Positions 63,847 through 64,000 of a stretch of 64,000 bases of DNA are shown piece after piece. Position 1 is the first letter of the stretch. Each line of letters starts with the position of its first letter. Source of the DNA: Podarcis liolepis (Eukaryota); NCBI GenBank assembly GCA_965112155.1, contig OZ218098.1, one strand, 5' to 3'. The position numbers and the translations under genes are program-made. The notes under the pieces were generated by a model. The model made no database searches. It had not been told where the DNA came from and worked only from the letters and a program-made list of their open reading frames with translations.

Positions 63847-64000
63847 TACATACCTATTAGCAGTTAGTTGTCTTTTCTGGGCCTGTTAAAATGATCCTCA
63901 GTTTGTGCAGGTAAAGAACCGCTTTTAATATTATTTAGGATTATTTACAGAAGGAGGAAAGATAGAAAATTATGAATGAAAGCACAGTCCTTTGACACAC

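Overview
Vertebrate (squamate, most likely lacertid lizard, judged from the repeat families) genomic DNA, not prokaryotic. The window holds the CpG-island promoter and coding exons 1-17 of TYRO3, a TAM-family receptor tyrosine kinase, on the + strand (ATG 6630 to the end of exon 17 at 62444). I spliced the 17 exons by hand: 2106 nt = 702 codons with no stop, encoding a signal peptide, Ig1, Ig2, FN3-1, FN3-2, TM, juxtamembrane segment and most of the kinase ([22 protein letters not shown], and the TAM signature KWLALES). The last coding exons lie beyond the window. Introns are full of LINE 3' fragments (L2, CR1, RTE-BovB, L1), SINEs, TcMar and hAT MITEs (several nested), microsatellites, a perfect 61-bp tandem duplication and a 144-N gap. 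Most ORFs in the supplied track are spurious or repeat-derived. I see no new gene system. The best leads are post-transcriptional and protein-level features of TYRO3: a GC-AG intron after the TM exon followed by a +4 tandem donor on the next exon, an AUG-dense overlapping uORF at the start codon, a possible intronic-polyadenylation Ig1-Ig2 decoy isoform, an odd ninth ectodomain cysteine, and inverted near-identical MITE/SINE pairs bracketing exon blocks. All are hypotheses that need RNA or comparative data.
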